A DNA stretch of 64,000 nt from Aplysia californica (lineage: Eukaryota): NCBI RefSeq assembly GCF_000002075.1, contig NW_004797271.1, positions 697,293 to 761,292 of the forward strand. Reading direction: 5' to 3'. Each line of letters opens with the position of its first letter. Position 1 is the stretch's first letter. Made by a program: the position numbers and the translations under genes. This document shows positions 51,001-59,900 of this stretch, piece by piece. The notes below the pieces were generated by a model. The model was not told the origin of the DNA. It searched no databases and saw only the letters and a program-made list of their open reading frames with translations.

Positions 51001-53967
51001 TATTCTAAGCGATATAAATTGTGTTACGGTGGGCGTTTGTTAATGTTTCTTTCAAGTGGGAATTTTGTGTGTGTGTGGGGGGGGGGGGGGGGGGTGTTGG
51101 TGGATGGGTGCTCACGTCTCTCTCTCTCTCCCACTCGCACACTCTCTCTTTCACACATTCTCTCACTCTCTCTTTCACACATTCTCTCACTCTCTCTCTC
51201 TCTCTCTCCCACTCGCACACTCTCTCTTTCACACATTCTCTCACTCTCTCACTCACACACACTCTCTCTCTTTCTCTCTGTGTAATGTAACTGTTGTCCT
51301 TTCTAACATGACAAGTCTGGTGAAACAGTAAAATGGAGAAGTTATATATTGTTGTCACCATATATAATACATTACATGTTTTTTTAATCGAATTTTGATG
51401 TGTTTTCGAATTTTGATGTGTTTTGGCCAGACTACCACAGATGGCTGTTTTAGTTGATGGCTTTGTTGATTTGTTTCGGCCTTTGTTCAGATAGTAAAGC
51501 TTGGGGGGGGGGGGGGGGGGGAATTTCGTCATCAACACATGTATCTGTCTTGTTCTTGAAGTAAAATTCTCAAGGTCACAACATAAACCTTAGTGAACTT
51601 CCATCTCGCGCCTTGGATCCTGTGGAAGCCAGTCTCTCACGTTGTGTTGAATTTATTTCTTTGCTTCATTCAAGCTTGTATTTAGCGTCTGACTTGTGGT
51701 GTTCCAAGACTTATATACTGTTGTAGACCACTAGGCTCATGACTGAAACATTGATCTGGGTCGCTGGACTTACTCAGACTTACTCATGTCATTGTCTTTA
51801 TAGTTGTACCATAAATGTATCTGCCCGCTACACATGTAGGCTATAATGATTTTAAATTATAACAGTAAGTAGTGCTATAGTATAAGCCACTGGCTATGTA
51901 GGCTTCTATATCTTTCAGCAGTGACTGTTTTCACTCGTCGTGTTTGTATATAATTTTGTTTGTAAATCAGATTGAAATATATTTATACATGTACCGAGCT
52001 TGGTCAAATAGAAATCCTCAGTGACAAACACAAAAATTAAAGGGTATTAGCTGGAAGGTGAACAACAGTAATGAGGATTTTTTTCTTTAGACAAAGTGTC
52101 GTCAGTGTGGTATGGTAGGGAATATAGATCTACAGTACATTGTCACTACTGCCAGATTTGACTGATAAGATATACAAGTCTCCAAGGCCATCCATAATAT
52201 CAATGGACATGCTCAGAATCAAAGACGCAAAAAAAGGAAAAAAGATGATTGTTAAAACTCAGTCCCTGCCAGCAGTAAGTCTTTCTCCATGGATAGATGT
52301 ATTTGGACCTAGCTCATAATTATTTTTTTTTAAATCTTTTATTTTAAAATTTTACAATGTGTTCTTGACCCCTGGACACCTCGACCCCATAAGTGGATAA
52401 GTCATCTACAGAAGAGATATTTTCGCCTGCTGCGCTCAGATTTTCTAACAATATGTATATTTCTGCCAATGATTCTAGAGCCCAAAATGCGTCTGTGGAT
52501 GGTACTTGGGCTATGTTAGTGGGATGATAATCGCAACAAATAGCATCAACGTTATGACTTCTACAGAAAAGTCAAGTCTATCTGTGGGTGGTTGGCGGGT
52601 GCTCTTGTGTGGTTTGCTTCTTCTTTCCTATCAAACATCTATTGTCTTTATCTCCCCTCCTTCTTTTTTATGTTTGTTACTCTCTTGTAATACCTCTATT
52701 CTTCGGCACTTATATGACCTTATTGTGTTGTAAATGCCGTAAAACACTTACTAAAACTAAAACAAGTCTATCTGGAATGTCTCGTTAATTTCTCCATAAG
52801 CGTCTGTACCTGAAGACTTGTCTGTTGTATTCTGATGTTTAGGCCAGTGCTAAAAAAATGTCAGTTCTTTCTCTTAAGTTTTGTTTTTTAGATCTAGGTG
52901 TGTTTACATTATCTTCAGAAGAAAGGATATAACTTGGCACTTTTTCTCTCCTTCTGCGAATTGCTTCTGCAGTTAAATTCAACCGTTATTATTGTTACAA
53001 TGTTTTTCATTGTTTGTTCTGTTCGTTTCTTTTAGGAACACTATTTTTTTTTAAAGCAAATGTTTTCTCTGGCTAGTTCAATAAGTTAGTGCTGTGTCTC
53101 TGCATACTTTTCCCCAACACTAAATGAATGTTCTTGTGATACAATGTTCTTCTCTCGCAAACTGTGCTATACTAAACCGTCTCCCCTTTCTTTTCCTAAT
53201 TCTCTGTACTGACAGTTATTTATTGCTGACCATCACTTTGTCTTTCTTGGTTCCATTTGACTCAAGAATCAAAAGGCCTCCAACCCTTTAAAAAAAAACC
53301 CAACAACAACAAAAAATCTCCCATGTTTCTACAAAATGAATGATTTTTGGAGTTCAAGGATGCTGGGGGGGTTTTTTTGGGGGGGGGGGGGGGTGGTCCC
53401 CCCCCAGTATTTCTGTTATTTTCACAAGAAGAATAGTTATTATTCTGTTTTCTATTTTACCCCATGTTATTAGTTGTGTCATTTAACTATCTTTTTGTTG
53501 TTGCATATTTGCAACTTTGCACATTTTCAGATATTTTCATAAAACACCCATGGGTCCAACAACTAGACTGCGGGTGCTCTGTTGTGGTTTGCTCTTTCTT
53601 TCCTATAAAAAATCTATCATCCTTATCTCTCATTCCTTACTTCCTTTTTTGGTATTTGTTACCCTCTCGTAACACTTCTAATCTTCGGCACTTATTTGGC
53701 CTATATAATTGCATTGCAAATGCCGTAAAACTCAAATAAAAACAAAATAAAACAACTAGGCGGTTCTGTCTGTCTGTCTGTCCACAGCCCCAGCCCACGG
53801 GTCAACAGCCACAGCCGCAGCAACAGCAGCAGCAGCAGCAGCCTCAAGTGCCGTCAATGCCGATGTTGTTCAACCCTGCCACCCTACAGAGCGGCAGTCA
53901 GGGCCAGGCGCTCTCATCAGCAGGGCCGGGACTCAAGTACGGACAGAGGAGGGCCTACCCCAAATGA
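7550..53967 (+). CDS. SEC16A: Protein transport protein Sec16 (SEC16A-like), 30 coding exons, ~2296 aa. join(7550-10324,11155-11279,11531-11775,12183-12296,12778-12910,15760-15939,18311-18477,19146-19353,19947-20085,21548-21805,22543-22640,23424-23508,24678-24795,25214-25325,26294-26399,27323-27376,28765-28851,29531-29638,30499-30663,31423-31624,35055-35270,38684-38949,39745-39924,40737-40841,41515-41614,42723-42821,43215-43358,44447-44508,47033-47092,53788-53967)
   Basis: All introns GT..AG; cumulative phases consistent; total 6891 nt, divisible by 3. Recognisable Sec16 central conserved domain motifs ([89 protein letters not shown]) and C-terminal motifs ([31 protein letters not shown]). 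Confidence 0.96.
11155..11279 (+). CDS. SEC16A: Sec16 coding exon 2 (AQSKESDRK...DYNRDSA)
   Basis: cttcag|GCC ... GCAAG|gtgcgt; phase 0 to 2 fits neighbours. Confidence 0.85.
11531..11775 (+). CDS. SEC16A: Sec16 coding exon 3, Arg/Tyr/Asp-rich region
   Basis: tgcag|G ... CACG|gtaag; RPASR/RPSSR repeats typical of the Sec16 arginine-rich region. Confidence 0.9.
12183..12296 (+). CDS. SEC16A: Sec16 coding exon 4
   Basis: ttccag|AC ... AGAG|gtaata; encodes SRPSSRS, phase 1-1. Confidence 0.88.
12778..12910 (+). CDS. SEC16A: Sec16 coding exon 5 (Tyr/Arg-rich)
   Basis: ctacag|GT ... GCAAG|gtaggt. Confidence 0.88.
12990..13295 (+). repeat. 26-bp pyrimidine-rich minisatellite
   Basis: Unit CAGAACCCCCTCTCTTCTCCTTCCCA, ~10 copies. 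Confidence 0.95.
14019..14590. other. Assembly gaps (14019-14198, 14302-14590; also 25551-25777, 49193-49426, 55477-55611)
   Basis: Runs of N. Confidence 0.99.
15760..15939 (+). CDS. SEC16A: Sec16 coding exon 6, candidate cassette exon (polyQ + SRSQ repeats)
   Basis: gatgcag|GCAT ... ACTGG|gtaaaa; 180 nt, phase 2-2, open frame HAEYYQ10RAVESQ...[15 protein letters not shown]; frame absent from the ORF track. Confidence 0.75.
18311..18477 (+). CDS. SEC16A: Sec16 coding exon 7 (Tyr-rich, SRPPSRAD)
   Basis: ttcccag|T ... CAGG|gtctgt; weak donor but required by phase. Confidence 0.85.
19146..19353 (+). CDS. SEC16A: Sec16 coding exon 8, start of conserved domain (Sec13-binding region)
   Basis: [26 protein letters not shown]...FPGPL; cacag| ... 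AAG|gtaagg. Confidence 0.95.
19947..20085 (+). CDS. SEC16A: Sec16 coding exon 9
   Basis: HKKDV...[14 protein letters not shown]; ctcag| ... GGG|gtcagt. Confidence 0.95.
20427..21127. mobile_element. Non-autonomous piggyBac-like element
   Basis: TTAA|CCCTCT ... AGAGGG|TTAA termini; TIR degenerate beyond 6 bp. Confidence 0.7.
21548..21805 (+). CDS. SEC16A: Sec16 coding exon 10
   Basis: [11 protein letters not shown]...[12 protein letters not shown]; cttag| ... AAG|gtgagt. Confidence 0.95.
21785..22200 (+). repeat. Degenerate tandem repeat derived from the exon 10 end and donor
   Basis: Unit TTGACCTATGGGAGAAAGAAG|GTGAGTT... repeated about 8 times. Confidence 0.9.
22543..22640 (+). CDS. SEC16A: Sec16 coding exon 11
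   Basis: [23 protein letters not shown]; ttccag| ... AG|gtcagt. Confidence 0.96.
22830..23172 (-). mobile_element. Tc1/mariner-like non-autonomous fragment (homologous to 32762-33060)
   Basis: Ends CGGAGACTACTG|TA; colinear with the reverse complement of 32762-33060. Confidence 0.65.
23424..23508 (+). CDS. SEC16A: Sec16 coding exon 12
   Basis: [28 protein letters not shown]; ctccag| ... ACT|gtgagt. Confidence 0.96.
24323..24496 (+). mobile_element. Short retroposon family A, ~175 bp (representative copy). Others: ~23553-23727, 23880-24022, 26433-26567, 31172-31340, 40072-40260, 52585-52762, 53570-53750, 57161-57338, 61218-61395 on +; 62497-62672 on -
   Basis: Shared 5' end GTGGGTGGTTGGCGGGTGCTCTGG; 3' stem-loop GGCACTT...AAGTGCC; ACTAAAA tail; TSD ATAACCCAGTAC. 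Confidence 0.88.
24678..24795 (+). CDS. SEC16A: Sec16 coding exon 13
   Basis: [17 protein letters not shown]...LGDTL; ctcag| ... G|gtaggt. Confidence 0.96.
25214..25325 (+). CDS. SEC16A: Sec16 coding exon 14
   Basis: [20 protein letters not shown]...KIVLIGANH; ttccag| ... AA|gtgagt. Confidence 0.95.
25470..25939 (-). mobile_element. RTE-clade LINE 3' fragment (spans a gap)
   Basis: Translation [20 protein letters not shown]...[11 protein letters not shown] is the typical RTE ORF C-terminus; (GAT)n-type tail. Confidence 0.85.
26294..26399 (+). CDS. SEC16A: Sec16 coding exon 15
   Basis: [25 protein letters not shown]; ctccag| ... CAG|gtgagc. Confidence 0.96.
27323..27376 (+). CDS. SEC16A: Sec16 coding exon 16
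   Basis: [18 protein letters not shown]; ccacag| ... GAG|gtaagg. Confidence 0.93.
28765..28851 (+). CDS. SEC16A: Sec16 coding exon 17
   Basis: [12 protein letters not shown]...KLVYQ; tttcag| ... CAG|gtacgc. Confidence 0.93.
29531..29638 (+). CDS. SEC16A: Sec16 coding exon 18, end of conserved domain
   Basis: [11 protein letters not shown]...PMWLQQL; ctccag| ... GAC|gtgagt. Confidence 0.92.
30499..30663 (+). CDS. SEC16A: Sec16 coding exon 19
   Basis: aacag|GAT ... CAG|gtgagg; open, phase 0-0. Confidence 0.87.
31423..31624 (+). CDS. SEC16A: Sec16 coding exon 20 (polyQ)
   Basis: Long polypyrimidine tract then aaaag|ACC (the in-phase AG nearest the tract); donor TATG|gtgagc. Confidence 0.8.
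31975..33710. mobile_element. Non-autonomous hAT element with nested Tc1/mariner-like insert
   Basis: TIR CAGAGCTG/CAGCTCTG; perfect 8-bp TSD GTGGCTGC (31967-31974, 33711-33718); dense subterminal AGTAC(T) motifs; nested TA|CAGTAGTCTCCG at 32762. Confidence 0.9.
35055..35270 (+). CDS. SEC16A: Sec16 coding exon 21 (polyQ, Tyr-rich)
   Basis: gtgtag|GC ... GATG|gtagga; 216 nt, phase 1-1. Confidence 0.83.
36744..37446. mobile_element. MITE / non-autonomous DNA transposon (hAT-like termini)
   Basis: 13-bp TIR TAGACCTGCATGT / ACATGCAGGTCTA; flanking CTATAT duplicated. Confidence 0.8.
37570..38683 (+). repeat. ~47-bp minisatellite interrupted by a SINE; last unit forms the exon 22 acceptor
   Basis: Unit GAGGGAAGATAGAACATTTCCAACTACAATTGTCCCCTCCTCCTAAG; ~12 copies in total. 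Confidence 0.92.
37795..38330 (+). mobile_element. Full-length tRNA-derived SINE with Nin/Deu-like central domain
   Basis: A box TGGCCTCGAGG; B box GGTTCGAATCC; core GGGCCCGTGTGCAAGTTGCGCACGTTAAAGATCCC; A-rich tail; 11-bp TSD CAGTTGTCCCC. Confidence 0.9.
38684..38949 (+). CDS. SEC16A: Sec16 coding exon 22 (Q-rich, polyD)
   Basis: cccacag|GT ... CAG|gtaatt; open frame ending [11 protein letters not shown]. Confidence 0.86.
39285..39735 (+). repeat. Degenerate ~32-bp tandem repeat (TACAAGTTTTGTCT...CACAAAAAG) running into the exon 23 acceptor
   Basis: About 13 degenerate units visible. Confidence 0.85.
39745..39924 (+). CDS. SEC16A: Sec16 coding exon 23 (NAGNAG acceptor, start 39745 or 39748)
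   Basis: ccccag|cag|GTG ... AAG|gtaggg; [18 protein letters not shown]. Confidence 0.88.
40737..40841 (+). CDS. SEC16A: Sec16 coding exon 24
   Basis: [10 protein letters not shown]...[11 protein letters not shown]; aacag| ... GCG|gtgagt. Confidence 0.94.
40848..41020 (+). mobile_element. 5'-truncated copy of the Nin/Deu-like SINE at the exon 24 donor
   Basis: Colinear with 38148-38310; poly(A) tail 41005-41020; degenerate TSD AAGACCCAGCGGTGAGT / AAGACCCTGTGGTGAAT. Confidence 0.85.
41515..41614 (+). CDS. SEC16A: Sec16 coding exon 25
   Basis: [12 protein letters not shown]...APPP; tgcag| ... ATGG|gtgagt. Confidence 0.95.
41608..41682 (+). repeat. 18-bp tandem repeat x4 spanning the exon 25 donor
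   Basis: CTCATGG|GTGAGTTGCCT repeated. Confidence 0.97.
42150..42540 (+). mobile_element. Old tRNA-derived SINE, CORE-like with L2-type tail
   Basis: GGTTCAAATCC B box; AGGTGAGAATGGGTACC; tail matching 40-115. Confidence 0.5.
42565..42708 (+). mobile_element. Short retroposon family B, ~145 bp (representative copy). Others: ~13782-13925, 17820-17990, 18660-18780, 18960-19110, 31045-31170, 36617-36735, 45270-45395, 46375-46450, 49428-49560, 61140-61580 (split)
   Basis: GGGTGGTTGG...TAGGTCCTACTTCTTT, pyrimidine-rich body, GCACTRAATGAC..TTGTGTCGATGTGC..TTTACTCAAAC tail; copies are diverged. Confidence 0.7.
42723..42821 (+). CDS. SEC16A: Sec16 coding exon 26 (Pro-rich, NKFS)
   Basis: tcacag|GC ... 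AAAG|gtgaat. Confidence 0.9.
43215..43358 (+). CDS. SEC16A: Sec16 coding exon 27
   Basis: [11 protein letters not shown] (Sec16 YVDV motif); tacag| ... GCAG|gtcagt. Confidence 0.92.
43613..44224. mobile_element. Tc1/mariner (pogo/Tigger-like) MITE
   Basis: TA|CAGTGGAGTCC ... GGATTCCACTG|TA; subterminal GTTATAA repeats; sits inside a TAGTCT/GTCT simple repeat. Confidence 0.85.
44447..44508 (+). CDS. SEC16A: Sec16 coding exon 28
   Basis: ttccag|GA ... GAG|gtgaga; provides the required phase 1 to 0 change. Confidence 0.82.
47033..47092 (+). CDS. SEC16A: Sec16 coding exon 29, 60-nt symmetric exon [20 protein letters not shown]
   Basis: ttgcag|TTG ... GAG|gtaacc; resembles the vertebrate SEC16A C-terminal segment LSRCSSMSSLSREV (recalled). 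Confidence 0.85.
49715..50340 (+). repeat. 33-bp minisatellite
   Basis: CTGACTAGAGAAGGTCTATGGTTGTCTGTGTCC, ~19 copies. Confidence 0.97.
50352..50600 (-). mobile_element. RTE-clade LINE 3' fragment
   Basis: [19 protein letters not shown]; tail matches 25470-25550. Confidence 0.8.
53788..53967 (+). CDS. SEC16A: Sec16 terminal coding exon (…PMLFNPA…YGQRRAYPK*)
   Basis: ccacag|CCC; stop TGA 53965-53967 followed at once by a second TGA. Confidence 0.92.
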   Translation, partial: PQPTGQQPQPQQQQQQQQPQVPSMPMLFNPATLQSGSQGQALSSAGPGLKYGQRRAYPK

Positions 53968-56900
53968 TGACGGCCTCCCCGAACTAGTTCTCTCTGTCTC
54001 TCTCCCGACAGGTTTTTGGGGGAATTAGGACCAGATTCTTTTCCATGGGTATACAAAGTGGTGATGGGTTTTAAAAAACCAGGACAAAGGTGATTTTGTT
54101 TAAATGTGTAGGCGTCCTACATTGAAATCATCGCCTCTCAAGAAAAACGAGTAGCTCCACCATTTTTTTCGCTCGTTGTGTGAAACGGGTGGAAGGGAGT
54201 TGCATCGTGTTTTTTTTTCTTCTTTCAGCAGCAACGACATGCTGTGTTGCTGTCTTGAGTTGCAGAGATATTATGAAGCTGTCGTCTGTTGTTTTGAAGA
54301 GGGAAGTGGGTTTTTTTGCTGCAGAGTGACTGTCGGCATGATGTGATTGATTCCCATGTTGTCTGGCTTGATGACGATAACACAGATGCTTGGTGAGGAT
54401 ATTTATCTGTAGGTTATACAGAGAGATACAGAGAGTCTTTTCAGGCTGTGGAAAATAATGTCCTGTTCAGATTTTATTTGAAGAAAGAAAAAAAAGTTAT
54501 TTTAAGTCATGTTGAAGCAGCATTTATGTTTTTAATGTGACTATGAAATGTTCATAATGATAATTCAAGATGCAGGAATGTTTGTTTGTAGTACAGGACT
54601 GCCTGTGTCAGTGTGTGTGTGTCAATTATTTTTCAGCTCTATTCTGAATTTGACTTTACATTTAGAGATGCAGATAAAATAAGCAGAAAGAATTGAGAAG
54701 AAAGTTTCCGTGATGTCAGTAGATGTAAAAGTTTTTCTTTAATGTCATGAACCTTCTGAATGTGTAATGAGAATTGTATTTATCTCTGTTCATTTTCTGT
54801 GTTGCAAAAGTCTTTCGAAACATTATCTGTATTTTGTACATAGCAGCTGGGTTTGGGTTTGTGTTGTTTTTTTTCTTTTTGCGTCCTGCCTCTGGTCCCT
54901 ACTGAGGGGAGGGGGTCCTATCTACCAACAGGGTCCTCACAGACTATAATATAAAACCCACTGTAGTGTGTTCAAGCTTGAGACGAGAACGGATTTGTGA
55001 GTTCTGAATGTTTTCTGACAGTGGATGCTTTGATATATATATGTTCCTACGCGGAGTGCGAGTGTGATTGGGGGGATGGGATTTGTCTTAGCTTCGCCAC
55101 CACACGCTCGCATAGTTTTGTGTTGTCTTCTAACACTCCACTGTGTAGTTGTGTTGCGTGGTACATTTGTGATACATGTATAATAGGATTTACCACCACC
55201 GGCCTTGTTCTGCATGACCTTTGTGTAGGACAGACCTCGCCAACGGACACAGATCACAGTGTAGTAGGAGACGGCAGACTGGAGAAAGGCGTGTGCTTAT
55301 TTATTTTGTTATAATGTTAATTTATTGTGGCCTGTTCACCCCTGGGTTTTTGTTTTTTTTGGTGTGTTTTTTGTTGTTGTTGTGTTTATGATGTGAAATG
55401 CCATAGATTGTTTTCAGTTTGAGAACTGAAAAATGACACTGTTCATCCCCTATGTGGACAATGGCTGTCTGTGTGCNNNNNNNNNNNNNNNNNNNNNNNN
55501 NNNNNNNNNNNNNNNNNNNNNNNNNNNNNNNNNNNNNNNNNNNNNNNNNNNNNNNNNNNNNNNNNNNNNNNNNNNNNNNNNNNNNNNNNNNNNNNNNNNN
55601 NNNNNNNNNNNACACGCAAAGTTATTCATAATATGACCATCACTTTTGCACAGCCTTTTTGTCTCTCTGTCTGTATTCCTTTTCTCCTACTCTCCACCTT
55701 CCCACACTAGTGTAACACTCCCATCGTGTATGTCGTAAGGAACTGTTTTACTTCATGGATCATTTTGTTAGTCGTGGATCAGAGGTTTTTAAAATCTTGC
55801 TGAGGGGAGGTGAGGGCTTTTTTTTCTTTTCGTTTTCCTTTCTGTTGTCTGTTCTGAATTTGTATATTTTTGTCAGTGATTGATTGATAGAATTTGTATA
55901 TTTTTGCCGAGTATTGATAGAATTTACCATGTTGTTGTGTTTCATTTTTCCTAGCTACAAGATTGTTCTTTGTACTTTTTGATTTTATTGTTGTAATGGT
56001 GAAGGGCACCTGTAGATTTATGCGCTTACTTCATGGTATTATTGGCTTGTTTGTTTGTTTTTTTTCTCCCCCTCTATTAATGTGGTTTGGCGTTTCCTCT
56101 ATTTTTTTCTCACTAACTTTAGGGACGAGCAACGGTCGATAGTGTGCGTTATTCTGTCCTGTCTACAGAAGTGTCTGTTATAGTTAACTGTTTACTATTG
56201 CATGCAGAAAACGTGAGTTCAGTTCCCATGTCGTAGGAAGGTTATTCAGCCCCCACCCCACGTAAATTGGAAGTTAAAACGTCGACAATCGTTATCAGAT
56301 GAAGGCCATATTGAGTACATTGTTTCCCTTCATTAGTAAGCAGTACTGGGAATATTTTACTCCTTTAGTGATTTTTTTCATTTAAGTTTGGGGAGAAAGG
56401 TCTCATTTTATTTTGTACCACTGTGGAATCGACCATTAGTAATACATTTCAGTGAGGATAAGGAAGGCAATTTTTATTCTTTCTCCATTCCCCCCCCCCA
56501 AAACCTGTAGACAGTTGTGCTCCTCTGGTGTCAGATTGGGTTAGCTGGGGGAGTTGGTAAGTTCTCAATGGTGAAGACTTTTGAAATGTGAACAAAGTAG
56601 AGCGGTACAGTCAGATAGAGAGAGAGAGACTCTTGGAGAGATACAGCGAGGCTGTTGAAGGGAGCGCCAGAAAGTGGCGAATGGGCTGGGAGAGGTCCCG
56701 GGTTGGTGTCTTCTCAAAATTGTTTCAGTGTGTGGAAACTTTTGCTCGACCAAAACAAGACCTTTTCTGAAGTAGACGGATGTTTTCTTGACTGAGACAG
56801 ACAGCAGTTCTATCTAAGTGAAAGAAGAGAAGGTAAAGACAATAAACTGAGAGATATATATGCGTCAATTTGTTTGAAGGTAAAAACAAAAGGGACCGTG

Positions 56901-59900
56901 AGGTACATAAACATCAAATTGTTATCGGCTCTTTGGGATGGGTTTTACCGGAGGTTCCTTCATCTACCTCCAGTTTTTATATGTTGCTGTGGAGTTCTGG
57001 TCTTTTGGTGTAGCTGTGTTCTTTCCCTTTGTGCGCAGAGTCTGATGGGCTTGTTTCTACATAGAACTTTTGGTCAGGAATTTATTGACTCTACTGCTTC
57101 GGATTTTGTTCTTCTTCTTTGTTTTTGGGGTCAAATGTCCACAATGCCAAAAGACTAATAGTGGGTGGTTGGCGGGTGCTCTGGTGTGGTTTGCTTCTTG
57201 TTTCCTATGAAACATCTATCGTCTTTATCTCCCCTCCTTTAAAAAAAATTTTTTACTTTCCTGTAACACCTCTAATCTTCAGCACTTATATGACCTTATT
57301 GTGTTGCTAGTGCCGTAAAACAGGAACAAAAACTAAATAAGACTGAACTGTTTGCTGCAGCTGCCAGGTGTGTGGTGTGACCCACGTTGAATTATATTCA
57401 CACGACGCAGACATCTGTCAGTTCTGTCAGCGGCCATGTCTGTTGTGAGGCAGAGGTCTTGTCGTGGCATTGTGATGGGGAGTTACATACAGGGGGCAAG
57501 CATGCTGTGTAGACTTGTTCAAGATCAATTTGGACTGTTATACTGGTGGCTGTGGTTCAAGTCCCAATACCATAAGTTATAAGTATAGTGTAAGGGGGCC
57601 CTTTTGAACTTGAGTTCTTTTAGTAAAAGTTTTCCTAGCTCTCTACCTGCTTGACTGAGTCCTGTTGCTTGTTAAAACCGTGACTCTTACAGAACCGTGT
57701 ATTGTGTTGACCGGGGCATTCACCGTACGTATAATGGGCATTCATTGTATAACCTTGGATATGTGAAGAGGTCATAGGTCTCTCAAACTTTTTGACTTTT
57801 CACATCTCTTTTTGAGCTCACTGAGGTCATATTACTTGAAAGACACTGTTTTTATCTACTTTGTGTGATGTGTCTTCAATATGGTTTTCGATATTTTGTG
57901 TGCTCACTTACTATGGTTCGGTGCCATCTTGTAACCTACTTTTATTTGCTTATTTAAAGAGAGTTGTAAGTTGTAGACTCTGGTCTGAAAGAGGGTGTGT
58001 GGCGGTTTGTTTTTCACCTACTCTTCATTTTTATCCTTTGCTCAAGTCCGCCCTGTATTTGGTCTAGTGTTGGGGCTATGTCTAGAGCTGCTGCTGGATT
58101 TAGTCACTTGTACAGAGCATGGTGAAATGGTCCCATACTACCCATATATATATATATATATGTGGAGTGAAACTGAAACAAGTCTGGGACTTAAGGACAT
58201 GAAATCTGTAACCTGCTTAAACTTGTTTCTGCGATATAATGTTGCTGCTCAAAGGAGACATATTTTATAGTGACCTCTGTCTCATTTGTAGCCCTGGAGG
58301 GAGGGAGAGAGAGAGGAGAGAGAGAAAGAGTATATCTGCCCTCCAATAGGCCCTTTTTTGTGTCTACTCCTGCTTAAAAACTTCAGCTCTTCTCACTTAG
58401 GACGACATCAGATCAGCTAGTTCGGAATTTTTTTTTATAAATACCATTATATACATATGATGTTGTGTCCACAGTCAGATCTTTTGTGGCTGGATAAAAG
58501 ACACAATATAGCCTCCTATGTTGAAAGGCACACATCATTGCCCTATCTGCCCTTTCCCATCGCCATCTGTCAACTACCCGGCTTGTATGGTCCTGACAAA
58601 ACTTTCGTAAATTTGGCCCACAATTATCACCAGCAAACTGGCCACCCAAGCCAGAGGTACACACAACACATGATGCATGGCACCCACTAGGCAGCAGTGA
58701 AAATCTCCCTTTTCTCCCACACATGACTCTACGAGGTGGTGATTGTCAATGTCACATACAGGAAGGCTGACGTGCCCACAGCCATCTCATTTGAGTTTGG
58801 AACAAAAGGAAATAGCTCATAATATTGTCCTTCATCTAGTCATGGCGGAACCATTTCCCTTCAAGTAAGCTGGGTGGTGGTGCTATTCAAAAGATGACAG
58901 CATTAAACATCGTTATACCGCCAACTTTATGCTTGACCCAAGGTTGTCGATATAACAGGACTTAGCTGTACTTTAAATTCAAGGGTCCTGCCTCTTTAAA
59001 AACCGTACAGTGGTGAAAGAGGTGTAAACTAAAACCTGTCCATATGCCAATTGGTACATTGGTAAAGGACAGGTCAATGGTTATGCAACATGTATTTTTT
59101 TTTTTTTTTTCTTATTTCAGATGTTTTTGTTTTGGTCATGTACTTCGATGAACTGTTTTTTTTCCCTTTAAAAAAAAAGATCCTTATTTATCTTCTATGT
59201 TACTATTGTCCCCGGCATTGGTGGTGTAGTGGTTAGGCGCTATATTGTAGCACGCAGAAGACATGAGTTCGATTCCTGTAACGGGAAAACTTTTATCAAA
59301 TGCATTGAGTCTTTCTGCTGGGATGTTGCATCTCTGTCAGCTGAGGTTGGCCCTGATAAGCAGGGCTGAAGAAGCCTGCCTCCTAAAAGATGTAAATTAT
59401 GTTGATGGGGGTGTAAAACACCTACATTTAAACCAAAAAAACCCCTCCCTACCCTTTTCTTTATCTTTTGTAAAGATAACGTGTAACAAAAATCTTTTCT
59501 GAAAAGCTTGGAGGTTTTGATTGTCTTAGATTGTCAGGGATGCGGGTTTCTTAACGCATCACATGACATGTGCGTTGTGTATTTTAATTTTTAAAAAGTT
59601 TTTTTTTTTTCAAAGGGGCTTATTGTATCGTGTTTTATGTGTAGTCAAGAAGAGTGATTTGTATCCCTTTACTGTTTATTTGAAGCATTCCAAATGTAGC
59701 TGACACCGTTACTACACGTAGGGTTGTCGTGTAAACGTAACATGCATGTACTACACGCAAACATGATGTGTAAACATAGTGTGTACGTGTAAGCACAGAG
59801 TGTACGTGTAAGCACAGCGTGTACATGACCATTTTGTTTTAGGGAAATAATAGAAGTTGTGAGTTGGAGCATAGAATGCTGCTGGAGCAGCGGGGCTGGA

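Noticed and set aside
53965-53975. Stop-codon readthrough or selenocysteine at TGA
   Set aside because: Two consecutive TGA codons, no TGA-CTAG context, no evident SECIS; the C-terminus already matches Sec16.
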